A stretch of DNA of 64,000 bases from Clostridia bacterium (GCA_045578865.1 JAZNLB010000024.1:735-64734); one strand, 5' to 3'; counted from the stretch's first letter, positions 29,857 to 39,184 are shown. The notes: generated by a model from the sequence alone, not told the origin. Translations and numbers: made by a program.

Positions 29857-29932
29857 TGGTACACCATCACGGGCTCGAACCGTGGACACCCTGATTAAGA
29901 GTCAGGTGCTCTACCAACTGAGCTAATGGTGC
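29857..29932 (-). tRNA. tRNA-Lys (anticodon CTT)
   Basis: Reverse complement GCACCATTAGCTCAGTTGGTAGAGC...; anticodon arm CCTGA-CTCTTAA-TCAGG, T-arm CACGG-TTCGAGC-CCGTG, encoded ACCA. Confidence 0.92.
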
Positions 29933-29954
29933 ATATCTCTTGAGCACTTTTAAT

Positions 29955-29983
29955 ATTATAATGTGCAATTCGTATTTTGTCAA
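29955..29983 (-). promoter_or_regulatory. Consensus sigma-A promoter of tRNA-Lys
   Basis: On the minus strand, TTGACA (29983-29978), 17-nt spacer, TATAAT (29960-29955). Confidence 0.75.
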
Positions 29984-30020
29984 TACTTTTTTTATATTTT
30001 TTTTAAAATATTTTAAATGA

Positions 30021-30052
30021 AAAAAAGAGGCTATGCAAGCATAGCCCCTTTT
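30021..30052 (-). terminator. Rho-independent terminator of the solute-binding protein gene
   Basis: On the minus strand, AAAAGGGGCTATGC-TT-GCATAGCCTCTTTTTTT. Confidence 0.8.
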
Positions 30053-30055
30053 CTC

Positions 30056-31654
30056 TTATTTGCTTAAATCTTTGAGCAAATCACAATATCTCTTATATGC
30101 CGAATTGTGTACCTTTACACAGTCTTCAAGGCCCATCTTATCCAGCTCATCGACATACTCATCCCATGTAGCATCTACATCGATTGTGCCCATGATAGCC
30201 TTCTGCAAATATTCGTAAATATATGTTTCGCATGCAACCCACTTCTTATCGATGATCGCCTGCTCTTCTTCTGTGAAAACATAGTTCGGAACAAGTTGGG
30301 AGGTAAAGTCAGCATCAATATACGCCTTATTTCCTGCCCTTGCCTCATCCGACATTCCGGCGAGAAGCCATACTTGACGCTGGCGATAGCTTGCCTGCGC
30401 GCCACCAATTGCTTTCTGGAAGCCTACTGCACCGCCCTCATAGTCCTTTGCAAAGGCTGTGTACTCCGGCTCACCGTTTTCATTTAACACCCAGTCTCTG
30501 CCTTCAAGGCCCATGCCTTTTAGGAGAGAACCTTCCTCAGAATACCAGAAGTCAATGTATCTGAGCGTTTCAGCCAGATGTTCGTTGTGGATCGAGACAC
30601 CCCAACCGCCAGTTTCAACAATATCACCCGGCGAATGGCAATATGCATCGCCATGAATATTTTTCGGCGGCATCATGATAGATACATGGAAGCCCGGAAC
30701 ATTCTTAATCTGGTCATTATAGGACATAGTGGAAGAAAACCAGTTAAAGGTCATACCACCGGTATTGCTGCCCCAAAGTTCACCGCGCGGGTTAGAGCGT
30801 GTGAAGGTTTCCTGATCAATGTAACCCTTTTCATACCATTCGTTGATGGTCTTGAGTGCCAGCTTATAATTCTCTGTCACATACGGCATAATCATTTTGT
30901 TGTTTTTGTCGATATCCCAGTATCTATGACCATTGAGACCGAAGAAATAGAACAAATGTCTTACATCACCCATATACGGAACTTCGTCCTTTTTGCCGTT
31001 ACCGTTCGGGTCCTGATTGCGGAATGCATCCATTACATTTACAAACTCTTCATAAGTCTTCGGATGCTCAAGACCTAATTTTTCCAGCCAGTCTTCTCTG
31101 GTGTACCAAGCTTGCGTCGGGCCTGGTTCACGAAGTTTAAAACATCCGTAAACGGCGCCATCCGGAGCAGTTACAGCCGCCAAATATTCCGGATTTTCCT
31201 CGTAGATTTTCGAAAGATTCGGCATAATTTCCGGGTCAGTAACATATGGCTTTAAGTCAACCAATACGCCTTCGGAATAACCTGCAGCATTGATGTTTGG
31301 CATAGTAGAATATACAATATCCGGAATTCTTTCTTCCAAAAGCATCAGGTTGAACGCCTGTGCAGCATCCTGATCCTTACCAACGGTATTCTTTAATGAG
31401 ATGTTGGTTTTTTCTTTTGCTGCCTGATAAACAGTTGCTACCTGTTCGCCGTCGACATCAATGTAATCGCCAACGAATTTCGCATAGTGCAAACTAAGCT
31501 CCAGCGGTTCTTTGGAAGCCAAAGGATACTCTAATCCTTCGAGCGCGCTCATATCAAGATCAGACTTGTTACCTGCGCCGCCGCCATTACAGCCAGCAAA
31601 CAGGGTTACAACCATGAGCATAGCCAAAATGGCACTTAAAACTCTTTTTTTCAT
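30056..31654 (-). CDS. Extracellular solute-binding lipoprotein (ABC transporter, large family-1, carbohydrate type)
   Basis: Signal peptide plus lipobox (LFAGCNGG). 532 aa, Trp/Tyr-rich, similar in size and pattern to LplA-type sugar-binding proteins. Confidence 0.75.
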   Translation of the reverse strand: MKKRVLSAILAMLMVVTLFAGCNGGGAGNKSDLDMSALEGLEYPLASKEPLELSLHYAKFVGDYIDVDGEQVATVYQAAKEKTNISLKNTVGKDQDAAQAFNLMLLEERIPDIVYSTMPNINAAGYSEGVLVDLKPYVTDPEIMPNLSKIYEENPEYLAAVTAPDGAVYGCFKLREPGPTQAWYTREDWLEKLGLEHPKTYEEFVNVMDAFRNQDPNGNGKKDEVPYMGDVRHLFYFFGLNGHRYWDIDKNNKMIMPYVTENYKLALKTINEWYEKGYIDQETFTRSNPRGELWGSNTGGMTFNWFSSTMSYNDQIKNVPGFHVSIMMPPKNIHGDAYCHSPGDIVETGGWGVSIHNEHLAETLRYIDFWYSEEGSLLKGMGLEGRDWVLNENGEPEYTAFAKDYEGGAVGFQKAIGGAQASYRQRQVWLLAGMSDEARAGNKAYIDADFTSQLVPNYVFTEEEQAIIDKKWVACETYIYEYLQKAIMGTIDVDATWDEYVDELDKMGLEDCVKVHNSAYKRYCDLLKDLSK

Positions 31655-31793
31655 TTCTTTCCTCTCCTTTTATAATTTATTTTGCAGATTTCTCCGCATA
31701 GGAAACATATGTATGAAAACTCCAAGAAAAGTTTTCTAATTCATTATACCACTTTTTTGAAATTAAGCAAGAGTATTTTTGTGTTTTTTTACA

Positions 31794-31828
31794 AAAAAGG
31801 CAACGGAAAATTTTTCCGTTGCCTTTTA
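31794..31828 (-). terminator. Rho-independent terminator of the ytrA-like operon
   Basis: On the minus strand, AAAAGGCAACGGAAAAATTTTCCGTTGCCTTTTTT. Confidence 0.8.
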
Positions 31829-31855
31829 TAAAACTGTCTGTGGGGGCAGACAATC

Positions 31856-33610
31856 TTACTCTTGTATAAATTGCGGATATAACTCGCTGAGTAATCTGTG
31901 CGTTTCCGGCATTAAATCTGCACCGATTTGGTAGGAATGGTAACGAATATAACTGTCTACATACCCGTGTTTGAACGCATCCTCATCAAAAGAGTTCACT
32001 TCAAATTCCAATGTATACACAATCGAAGACGCCGGCAGTTTCTCCTGCACAGTCACCGTATTACCGTATACATTGACATCCTGTTTTACATATCTGTTTT
32101 CCCACAACGCCGCATAGTCGAGGGCTTCCACATCCTTACGCAGCGCCGCCAAAACCGCATCTTTGTCATTGATAAAATATTTATCACCTTCTATATATGT
32201 ACCGACACTGCGAATATGTTTTGCATCATCATACAGAATGCTGTTGCCTTGTTGCACAAATTCGTCGTTGTTATACATCTCCAACAAAATCGGTTGCGAA
32301 TACACATTGTATGCTCGTTTAAATTTACGCCCGTCACGAAGTTTAAATTCCATACGCATATATACGCCATAATCACCGACTTCCGCTTCGCGCTTGCTAT
32401 CCAAGACAGCGCGGTGCAATGCACACGCAAGTTCAATACTGTCTTTTTCGGAAACGGTAACCTCCTGGTTCGGATATTCGTAAAATCCGCTCAGTGTGAC
32501 GGATGCCACATCCTCGGGTGCAACCGTGCGTTTTTCAAAACCGGTAACATCACTTTGCAAAATCACAAAACCAACTGCAACTGCAAGACAAACACAACCC
32601 AGTTCTTTTATAGCTCCGAAAATACGCCACGATTTAGAAATCAGCATTTGTGCAATCACAAAGCCGACTGCCGCCCACACCGCTGCCAAAAGCGTATTTA
32701 CCACCAAATTATCCTGGGTTTGCATACCACTGACACCCACGACATACAAAAACCCCGCCACGGCAAAGCATGCACTCACACCATACTTAAACACCGGCTT
32801 TACCCAATCAAATACGACTACATCTCCCGCCTGTTCAAGCGGTCTTTTTTTATACGCATACAGTGCCAAAGTCAAAAATACAACACTTAAAACCGCAAAG
32901 AACAAAATATAGTAGCCGCAAGGCTTGGTAAATTCGTGCATCACCGTCATCATCGGCAATTCCATTATCCAGCGCGGAATGTCAAACTCTGAATTGAACC
33001 CAAACAAAAACATCTGACACAATGCCATATATGCCGCAAATACCGCAAGCGGCAAAAAGTGCAGGATATATGTAAACACAAATTGCGCCGCCGCATTGCC
33101 GACAAACATACCGACGAAACTTGCAAAAGCAAATAAGACAAGCGAGAGCGTAAACGCATACATACTCCATCTAAGTACGCTACGCATCACAACCTTTGTG
33201 CCAATCTCCATTGTCAGATGCACGCCGTAAACCAAGAGCGTATTTACTAAAATCGGTATGGCCAGCAAAACTGCGCCAGAAATCACGGCGGAGCCGAACA
33301 ATTCGGTTCTGGATACCGGCAACCCGTGCAGCGCCGTAGACATTTTGATTTGATGCAGGTATTGAAACAGCAACACCGCCAGCAACACCGCATACACGCA
33401 AATACTCAAATTAGAAAATACAGTATATTCCTGCCTGCGCTCCAAAATGTCCGTCACATTGTCAAGCCACATATAGCTTTCATCCATAATCATTAAATTA
33501 AACGGAAAGCAGAAAAACAAAATCACCGTCTCCAGAACACAAGCCCACGAAAAGCGCTTGAGGTTGGAGAAAAACAAACCTTTATTAAAGAAGGATGTCT
33601 TCATACGCAT
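31856..33610 (-). CDS. Large ABC-2-type permease-like membrane protein with a C-terminal extracytoplasmic domain
   Basis: About 10 TM segments followed by a ~220-aa soluble domain. Start is the ATG at 33610 after GGGAGG. Overlaps the end of the ATPase gene by 26 nt. Confidence 0.6.
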   Translation of the reverse strand: MRMKTSFFNKGLFFSNLKRFSWACVLETVILFFCFPFNLMIMDESYMWLDNVTDILERRQEYTVFSNLSICVYAVLLAVLLFQYLHQIKMSTALHGLPVSRTELFGSAVISGAVLLAIPILVNTLLVYGVHLTMEIGTKVVMRSVLRWSMYAFTLSLVLFAFASFVGMFVGNAAAQFVFTYILHFLPLAVFAAYMALCQMFLFGFNSEFDIPRWIMELPMMTVMHEFTKPCGYYILFFAVLSVVFLTLALYAYKKRPLEQAGDVVVFDWVKPVFKYGVSACFAVAGFLYVVGVSGMQTQDNLVVNTLLAAVWAAVGFVIAQMLISKSWRIFGAIKELGCVCLAVAVGFVILQSDVTGFEKRTVAPEDVASVTLSGFYEYPNQEVTVSEKDSIELACALHRAVLDSKREAEVGDYGVYMRMEFKLRDGRKFKRAYNVYSQPILLEMYNNDEFVQQGNSILYDDAKHIRSVGTYIEGDKYFINDKDAVLAALRKDVEALDYAALWENRYVKQDVNVYGNTVTVQEKLPASSIVYTLEFEVNSFDEDAFKHGYVDSYIRYHSYQIGADLMPETHRLLSELYPQFIQE

Positions 33611-34484
33611 ATCCCATACCTCCCAACTCATAAATAAATACTTCCTCCAGTGTCAACGGCAATATGTCCATTACAATCGGATGATACGCTTGTACTTTTT
33701 TAGTCAGGCTATCCAAATCACCACGCGCAATTACCATATGGACACTGCCAAATGCACTTGTGTGCATCGGTTTGAGTTCTTCCAAAAGTGTCTGCGGAAA
33801 CTCCCCTTTAAATGCCAACTGCAATTTATGCACATCGCTTTTTATATCGTCAAGTTGTTTTTCAATTACAATTTTACCGCGGTGAAGAATACCCACATGG
33901 TCACAAACACTTTCCAACTCACGCAAGTTATGTGAAGAAATCAGCACCGTTGTTTTATTCTCAGACACATCCTGCAAAATCAAATTCCAAACACGACGAC
34001 GCATCACAGGGTCCAGACCGTCCACCGGCTCATCGAGCACCATCAGTTTCGGCATCGTGCAAATTCCAAGCCAGAACGCCACCTGCTTTTGCATACCTTT
34101 GGACAAGCGCATCACGCGCAAATTCTCGTCCATGGCAAACACTTCTTTTAGTTTTTCATATCGTTCTTCACTAAAATGAGGATATATATTTTTGTAGAGT
34201 TTTTTCATGTCCTTTATGGTGTAGGACTTATAAAAAAATACATCGTCGGGAATATAAACCACATTCTGCTTGCAAGCAATATTTTCATACAAAACTTCAT
34301 CGCCGACCAGCACTGTGCCGTTATTTTGCCGCAGTACACCGACAATATGCTTAATCAGCGTTGTCTTACCTGCGCCGTTGGGTCCGACAAGACCATACAC
34401 ACTGCCTTTCGGCACATGCATACTCAACCCGTCGAGTGCGGTAAAATCGCCAAATGTTTTCGTTAAATTCTCTACACAAATCAC
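33585..34484 (-). CDS. ABC transporter ATP-binding protein
   Basis: Walker A GPNGAGKTT, signature LSKGMQKQ, Walker B LMVLDEP, and an H-loop SSHNL. Confidence 0.92.
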   Translation of the reverse strand: MICVENLTKTFGDFTALDGLSMHVPKGSVYGLVGPNGAGKTTLIKHIVGVLRQNNGTVLVGDEVLYENIACKQNVVYIPDDVFFYKSYTIKDMKKLYKNIYPHFSEERYEKLKEVFAMDENLRVMRLSKGMQKQVAFWLGICTMPKLMVLDEPVDGLDPVMRRRVWNLILQDVSENKTTVLISSHNLRELESVCDHVGILHRGKIVIEKQLDDIKSDVHKLQLAFKGEFPQTLLEELKPMHTSAFGSVHMVIARGDLDSLTKKVQAYHPIVMDILPLTLEEVFIYELGGMGYAYEDILL

Positions 34485-34859
34485 TTACTTTTCCTCCTTA
34501 TCATAATATTGGGCAAGCAGAGCGCAAATCTCTCGCTCGGCCACACCGCCAAACGACAGCTCCGAAAAAACCGAACCGAGTTGTAAAAACAGTTCCTCCT
34601 TACGCCTTTGCGTAATTTCATTTTTTCTCGGAGCAACCACGCTCCCCTTCGCGCGCACGGAATAAATAAACCCTTCCTGTTCAAGCTCTTTGTACGAACG
34701 CTGAATGGTGTTGGGATTGATACCCAACACAGCGGCAAGTTCACGCACAGACGGCAAACTCTCCCCCTCGACCATTGCGCCCGTCACAATCAGCGACTTA
34801 AAATTTTCTTTAATCTGCTCATAAACGGGCCTGTGGTCATTGTAATCCAGTTTAAACAT
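34485..34859 (-). CDS. GntR-family (YtrA subfamily) transcriptional regulator
   Basis: 124 aa. PVYEQIKENFKSLIVTGAMVEGESLPSVRELAAVLGINPNTIQRSYKELEQEGFIY. The short effector domain is typical of YtrA. Directly abuts the ABC ATPase gene. Confidence 0.88.
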   Translation of the reverse strand: MFKLDYNDHRPVYEQIKENFKSLIVTGAMVEGESLPSVRELAAVLGINPNTIQRSYKELEQEGFIYSVRAKGSVVAPRKNEITQRRKEELFLQLGSVFSELSFGGVAEREICALLAQYYDKEEK

Positions 34860-34873
34860 GGCGCACCTCCAAT

Positions 34874-34927
34874 CTGTACTATTTGTGTTAGTACAGTTAG
34901 TATAGCATGCAATTTATTCTTTGTCAA
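34874..34927 (-). promoter_or_regulatory. Promoter plus palindromic operator of the ytrA-like operon
   Basis: On the minus strand, TTGACA (34927-34922), 17-nt spacer, TATACT (34904-34899). Then the inverted repeat CTGTACTA-N7-TAGTACAG (34874-34896) lies between the -10 box and the RBS; GT..AC-type palindromes are the usual GntR operators. Confidence 0.7.
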
Positions 34928-34943
34928 CAATAAAATAAAAAAA

Positions 34944-34971
34944 TCAGTTCTCCGCAGAGAACTGATTTTAC
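34944..34971 (-). terminator. Rho-independent terminator of the LTA-synthase-family gene
   Basis: On the minus strand, ATCAGTTCTC-TGCG-GAGAACTGAT followed by TTTTTTT. The stop codon lies in the stem. Confidence 0.8.
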
Positions 34972-36893
34972 TCAGTCAATTCCTTTTGTTCACGCACATA
35001 ACGCTTGCCGTGCAACAAGTCATACTGTATATATTTAAACGCCTTTTCCGTCAAAGACATATTTTCGGGGATATTTTCCAACTTTCTGCCTCTCGCATCA
35101 TAAATACAATACGGACTGACCACCGGCAATTCCCGATAGAATGTATAAAGGGTGTCAAAGTATGCAGGAACTTCTTTTAGACCGCCGAGTTTTAATACCT
35201 CCAACCCCACTTTTCCTGCGCTGATTTTTTTATTAAATCCACCCAAATTGATATTGTAATTCGCCCATACAACATACGGCGTTTCGTGCAGTTTTTCGTG
35301 TCTGTTGCTGACAAACGGCAATGTGTTTTCTACATATCCTCCCTCTCGGTAAATTTTTCCTTCCACACCCAAAAGCGGCAAATGGTCGCCGTACATCACA
35401 ATTATCGTAGGCTCATCTACATGCCTGAAATATTCTACAAGTTTCGCAAATGCGCGATCTGCTTCATATACACCCTGAGCAAAATCCAGAAGCTCAGCTG
35501 TCTCCGCTTCGCCGAGACCATCATTTTTTATACGCATATTGTATGTTTCATAACGCGCCGGCGAATAGCCACCGTGATTTTGCATCGTCACCGTAAACAT
35601 AAACAACGGCTGATCTGCCTGTTTATTTTCGTATGTATCAATAATAAATTCCGTCACAGCATTGTCGGATACATACCAACCGGATTTGGAAGCTTCCTCC
35701 ATGTCTTCCATGCCGTAAAACGCATCAAAGCCCAACATCGGATACGCGCGATTTCGGCTATAAAAATTTTTATGATACGGGTGAAAGGCAACCGTAGAAT
35801 ACCCGTTGTCACGAAATGCCGATACAATCGACGGCGTTTCACTTGTAATGTACTGCACATAAGGATATCCGTTCGAAAGGAGATAACGGCAATTCAACCC
35901 CGTGAGTGCCTCAAACTCAGGCAAGCAAGTACCGCCGCCGAACACACTCGTCACCAATTTCCCCATATACCCGTTACGCTCTTTTGCAATTTTTCTAATG
36001 TTTCGCATCGGGTCCACATTAAACTCCGTCTGCTTCATATCATATACATCCCACAAGGCTTCGCTTTGGATATATATGATATTCGGATGCACTTCTCGCT
36101 CCGTAAAAATTCTGTCATCAGCAAAAGCCGTGGTCACAATCTCCATCTTGTTTTCGGAATACCCGTCCATTTTCTCCACAAACATATCTCCGATGCGCGG
36201 AAAAAATTCTAAAATCAGACCGTTTTTACGATAATCGTCCACCGGATTAAATGCAGCAATTTGCACATCCAGTTTTTTTAGCGTGCCATGTCTAAAATCG
36301 TAATCCATGCAAACTGCATACAAGGTTACACAACTAAGCGATACCCCCAGCGCAATACACAAAATCCGCTGCCAGATTTTCATTTTGACCTTTACCGCTC
36401 TTTTGTGCCACACAAGATAACAAGAACATACAAACACAGCTGCTATAACGGAAACAAGTGCAAACGGTACAATCGGTATGCGTACAAAACTCGTAATATT
36501 GTTCAGTTGACCGGCAAGTAAAATATCCGTCGGCAAAAGCGGGTCTCCCGTGATAGAAATCATAACCTCCGTTACAAAACCCAAAGCTAAAAACAATATA
36601 TAATTGACCAGCACAGCCGTTGGCGTGTGTTGCATAAAGCACCACAAAAGCCACTGCACAGACAAAATAAACACATACGAAATCAAAAGTTTAACCACAA
36701 AATATGGTGATGAAAAAAAAGAAATGAAGGCAAAGCCGTTTGTCAGATGCATAATTTCAAGCAAAGCAAGGAGCAAAAGCGGCATCAGTAAAAACAAAAA
36801 AGTATGCAACAAAAGCGGATGCCTTGTTTCCTTTTGCGCTACGGCATCCACCTTGTTGTGCATATTTGATATCAACAAGCCGATTTTATTCAT
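34968..36893 (-). CDS. LTA synthase family protein (membrane-anchored sulfatase-fold phosphoglycerol transferase)
   Basis: Five N-terminal TM segments followed by a sulfatase-like domain (PNIIYIQSEALWD, GGGTCLPEFEALTG, HGGY, YGDHLP). Confidence 0.75.
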   Translation of the reverse strand: MNKIGLLISNMHNKVDAVAQKETRHPLLLHTFLFLLMPLLLLALLEIMHLTNGFAFISFFSSPYFVVKLLISYVFILSVQWLLWCFMQHTPTAVLVNYILFLALGFVTEVMISITGDPLLPTDILLAGQLNNITSFVRIPIVPFALVSVIAAVFVCSCYLVWHKRAVKVKMKIWQRILCIALGVSLSCVTLYAVCMDYDFRHGTLKKLDVQIAAFNPVDDYRKNGLILEFFPRIGDMFVEKMDGYSENKMEIVTTAFADDRIFTEREVHPNIIYIQSEALWDVYDMKQTEFNVDPMRNIRKIAKERNGYMGKLVTSVFGGGTCLPEFEALTGLNCRYLLSNGYPYVQYITSETPSIVSAFRDNGYSTVAFHPYHKNFYSRNRAYPMLGFDAFYGMEDMEEASKSGWYVSDNAVTEFIIDTYENKQADQPLFMFTVTMQNHGGYSPARYETYNMRIKNDGLGEAETAELLDFAQGVYEADRAFAKLVEYFRHVDEPTIIVMYGDHLPLLGVEGKIYREGGYVENTLPFVSNRHEKLHETPYVVWANYNINLGGFNKKISAGKVGLEVLKLGGLKEVPAYFDTLYTFYRELPVVSPYCIYDARGRKLENIPENMSLTEKAFKYIQYDLLHGKRYVREQKELTE

Positions 36894-36898
36894 ATGCC

Positions 36899-37549
36899 TT
36901 ATTCGTCCTCATGCCCCTCCAAAATTATTTGTTCAACCTGCATCATAGCTTCCAGGTCTTCCTCCGTAAGTGCCATAACTACCTTATCGCGTCCACAGTT
37001 TTCACAAAAAATGTGGACACAGTCATTTAAAATATCAAATAAAATATCCTGACTGCCGCAAGGACACATTACCTTTTCAAGTTTGGAAAGCATATATAGC
37101 TTATCCACAACGGCAAACATGACCTCTTCATTGTCCAACTGCGAATACTCCTCGCCCTCCGGTGCAACATTTATCTCCGCTTCCAATTCGCCGAGGATAT
37201 CAAGCATTTCATCATCGTAAACACTTTGCGCTTCACGCACTGCATCTTCCTTGCCGATACACAATATGCCAAACCCCGTCACAGTGCACCGAAAACTCGT
37301 CAACTTCTGGCCCCAAAAGAACTTTTGGCTCGCAGTAAAACTATGCCACTCCATACACGCAACGCACAGCACGCTAAATAAAAGTTTGTCCGCTTTTCGT
37401 GCAACCGTTACACAGGTGTTGTGGCAATGTTCACACTGAATTTCAAGCGGAGAACTGCCCGCCAGCGAAAAAATGCTGATGGGCTTGCAGTTCCCAAGCC
37501 CGCACTCCGGGCATCGAAAGGATATATGTTTTTCGTGTTCGATAATCAT
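36899..37549 (-). CDS. Hypothetical zinc-ribbon protein (several CxxC pairs), ending 6 nt before the LTA-synthase-family gene
   Basis: FRCPECG...CEHCHN...CVAC...CPCG...CENCG, with an acidic C-terminus. Start is the ATG at 37549 after AGGGAAG. Confidence 0.5.
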   Translation of the reverse strand: MIIEHEKHISFRCPECGLGNCKPISIFSLAGSSPLEIQCEHCHNTCVTVARKADKLLFSVLCVACMEWHSFTASQKFFWGQKLTSFRCTVTGFGILCIGKEDAVREAQSVYDDEMLDILGELEAEINVAPEGEEYSQLDNEEVMFAVVDKLYMLSKLEKVMCPCGSQDILFDILNDCVHIFCENCGRDKVVMALTEEDLEAMMQVEQIILEGHEDE

Positions 37550-37606
37550 AATACTTCCCTGCTTTCTTTTCTGCGCCTTATTGTACCACAAAGCTGTCAC
37601 AAAGTA

Positions 37607-37636
37607 AATATTTTTGTTGACATTTTTCTATGATTA
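37607..37636 (+). promoter_or_regulatory. Sigma-A promoter of the corA leader
   Basis: TTGACA (37607-37612), 18-nt spacer, TATAAT (37631-37636). Confidence 0.7.
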
Positions 37637-37692
37637 GGCGTATAATAATTCTATGCATGTATTGCAAATTCTAACAAGGAGGTAAACACACC

Positions 37693-37773
37693 ATGGACGC
37701 AGGCCCCGGTGATAGTCGAAAATTTAAAATTTACAGCAGTTGCTTGCGCGATATGAGTGTTTTCCCTCTGTAA
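37693..37773 (+). CDS. Candidate 26-codon leader peptide (uORF) in the corA leader
   Basis: AAGGAGGT (37677-37684), 8 nt, then ATG. It encodes MDAGPGDSRKFKIYSSCLRDMSVFPL*. A weak hairpin GAG..GAAT-TATT-ATTC-CTC plus ATTTTT follows at 37778-37806. Confidence 0.4.
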   Translation: MDAGPGDSRKFKIYSSCLRDMSVFPL

Positions 37774-37836
37774 TTACGAGGCTGAATTATTATTCCTCAT
37801 TTTTAGTATGCAACTGCGGAAAGTGAGGTCTATTTT

Positions 37837-38769
37837 ATGTTGAACATCTACAGAACAGATAACGAACGCATCCACCTCTGTTCAGATTTTTGTCCGGATT
37901 GTTGGATTCATCTGACCGCCCCGAACGCACAAGAACTCAAATGGGTTATGGATCACACCAATGCAGATGCCGATTTTCTGCGTGCTCCGCTCGATGAAGA
38001 AGAGCGTTCTCGTATCGAAAAAGAAGACGAGCAAACGCTCATCGTCGTAGACACTGCGCTTTTAGACGCGCCCGACGGTGATGCGGATGTAACAACCTTG
38101 CCGCTCGGTATTGTTCTTTTGGAAAACTGCATCATCACGGTATGTTTAAAAGACACACCGCTGATGCGCGATTTTGAAAATGGTATTGTTCGCAGTTTTT
38201 CCACAAAAAAACGCAGTCGTTTTGTATTGCAAATTCTCTACCGCAATGCAGCAAGATTTCTGCATCTGCTACGCAGAATTGACAAGCGCAGCTCGGATTT
38301 GGAAAACGAACTGCACAAATCCATGAAAAACAAAGAACTTATATCCATGCTCAAGCTGGAAAAAAGTTTGGTCTACATTTCCACCTCCCTGAAAGGTAAC
38401 GAGGTCGTACTTGAACGCCTTTTTCGCATGAGTTTCATCCGCAAATATCCCGATGATACTGACCTTTTGGAAGATGTTATTATCGAAAACAAACAGGCGA
38501 TGGAAATGTGTACCATTTACAGAGATATTTTGTCAGGAACGATGAATGCGTTTGCTTCCGTCATTTCAAACAACCTAAATGTATTCATGAAGGCGCTTAC
38601 CATTATCACAGTTATTTTAACCATTCCAACCTTGGTTGCCAGCCTTTGGGGTATGAATGTTCGTGTTCCGCTTGCCGGTCATCCGTTTGGCTTTTGGATT
38701 GTCCTCGGCCTATCCATACTGTTATGTGTTGTGGCAGCGTTTTACATGAAGAAAAAGAAAATGTTTTAA
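37837..38769 (+). CDS. corA: Magnesium/cobalt transporter CorA family
   Basis: 310 aa. Two C-terminal TM segments with the signature WGMNV (LVASLWGMNVRVP). The cytoplasmic N-domain is typical of CorA. Confidence 0.9.
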   Translation: MLNIYRTDNERIHLCSDFCPDCWIHLTAPNAQELKWVMDHTNADADFLRAPLDEEERSRIEKEDEQTLIVVDTALLDAPDGDADVTTLPLGIVLLENCIITVCLKDTPLMRDFENGIVRSFSTKKRSRFVLQILYRNAARFLHLLRRIDKRSSDLENELHKSMKNKELISMLKLEKSLVYISTSLKGNEVVLERLFRMSFIRKYPDDTDLLEDVIIENKQAMEMCTIYRDILSGTMNAFASVISNNLNVFMKALTIITVILTIPTLVASLWGMNVRVPLAGHPFGFWIVLGLSILLCVVAAFYMKKKKMF

Positions 38770-38771
38770 AA

Positions 38772-38836
38772 AACAAGGCATCCGCTGGGTTTAGACTGCT
38801 CCAATTTGTGCAGTTGCTACGGATGCCTTCTTTTTT
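38772..38836 (+). terminator. Terminator of corA (long-loop hairpin)
   Basis: AAGGCATCCG (38775-38784) pairs with CGGATGCCTT (38821-38830), followed by CTTTTTT. Confidence 0.6.
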
Positions 38837-38914
38837 CGTTGTTTCGTAGCACCGCACACAATGACGGTCATCGGATAAAGCAAAAACAATACTGTATAAA
38901 ATTTTAATTTTCTC

Positions 38915-38943
38915 TTGCTTTTTATTTTGATGTATGTTACAAT
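38915..38943 (+). promoter_or_regulatory. Sigma-A promoter of tRNA-Thr
   Basis: TTGCTT (38915-38920), 17-nt spacer, TACAAT (38938-38943). Confidence 0.65.
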
Positions 38944-38968
38944 ATCTTCTGTTCACAAACCTATAAAT

Positions 38969-39044
38969 GCTTGTGTAGCTCAGTTGGTAGAGCAGCGCAT
39001 TCGTAATGCGCAGGTCGCAGGTTCGAGTCCCGTCACAAGCTCCA
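38969..39044 (+). tRNA. tRNA-Thr (anticodon CGT)
   Basis: Acceptor GCTTGTG/CACAAGC, anticodon arm GCGCA-TTCGTAA-TGCGC, T-loop TTCGAGT (one A-C mismatch in the T-stem), encoded TCCA. Confidence 0.85.
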
Positions 39045-39079
39045 AAAAAATCCGTACGCGATCGTGTGCGGATTTTTTT
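39045..39079 (+). terminator. Rho-independent terminator of tRNA-Thr
   Basis: AAAAAAATCCGTACGCGA/TCGTGTGCGGATTTTTTT (the stem includes G-U pairs). Confidence 0.75.
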
Positions 39080-39184
39080 CTTATTATTCATTTTTTGTTC
39101 ATAAAAAATTTTCTTTATTCTTTTTATAATATATGGTAAAATATAACTGTGAGTGAAATGACACATACAGGAGGTGCCTTTTGT

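Noticed and set aside
29674-29889. 71-aa minus-strand ORF, including a 41-aa very basic sub-ORF (MKNAKKYRKQQKKFYKS...)
   Set aside because: The long form overlaps tRNA-Lys and its terminator. The short form has no convincing RBS and overlaps the converging XRE gene end. Lys-rich translation is expected from A-rich spacer DNA.
31928-32890. 320-aa plus-strand ORF
   Set aside because: It is antisense to the ABC-2-like permease gene, with no motifs and biased composition. The same reasoning applies to 35286-36212 (antisense to the LTA-synthase-family gene), 60742-61530 (antisense to the GHKL ATPase and nuoE-like genes) and 22368-23553 (antisense to pheT).
37640-37806. M-box (ykoK) Mg2+ riboswitch in the corA leader
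   Set aside because: There are only patchy similarities to the B. subtilis M-box as I remember it, and the element is about 60 nt too short. I kept it as an unclassified leader with a uORF rather than calling it an M-box.
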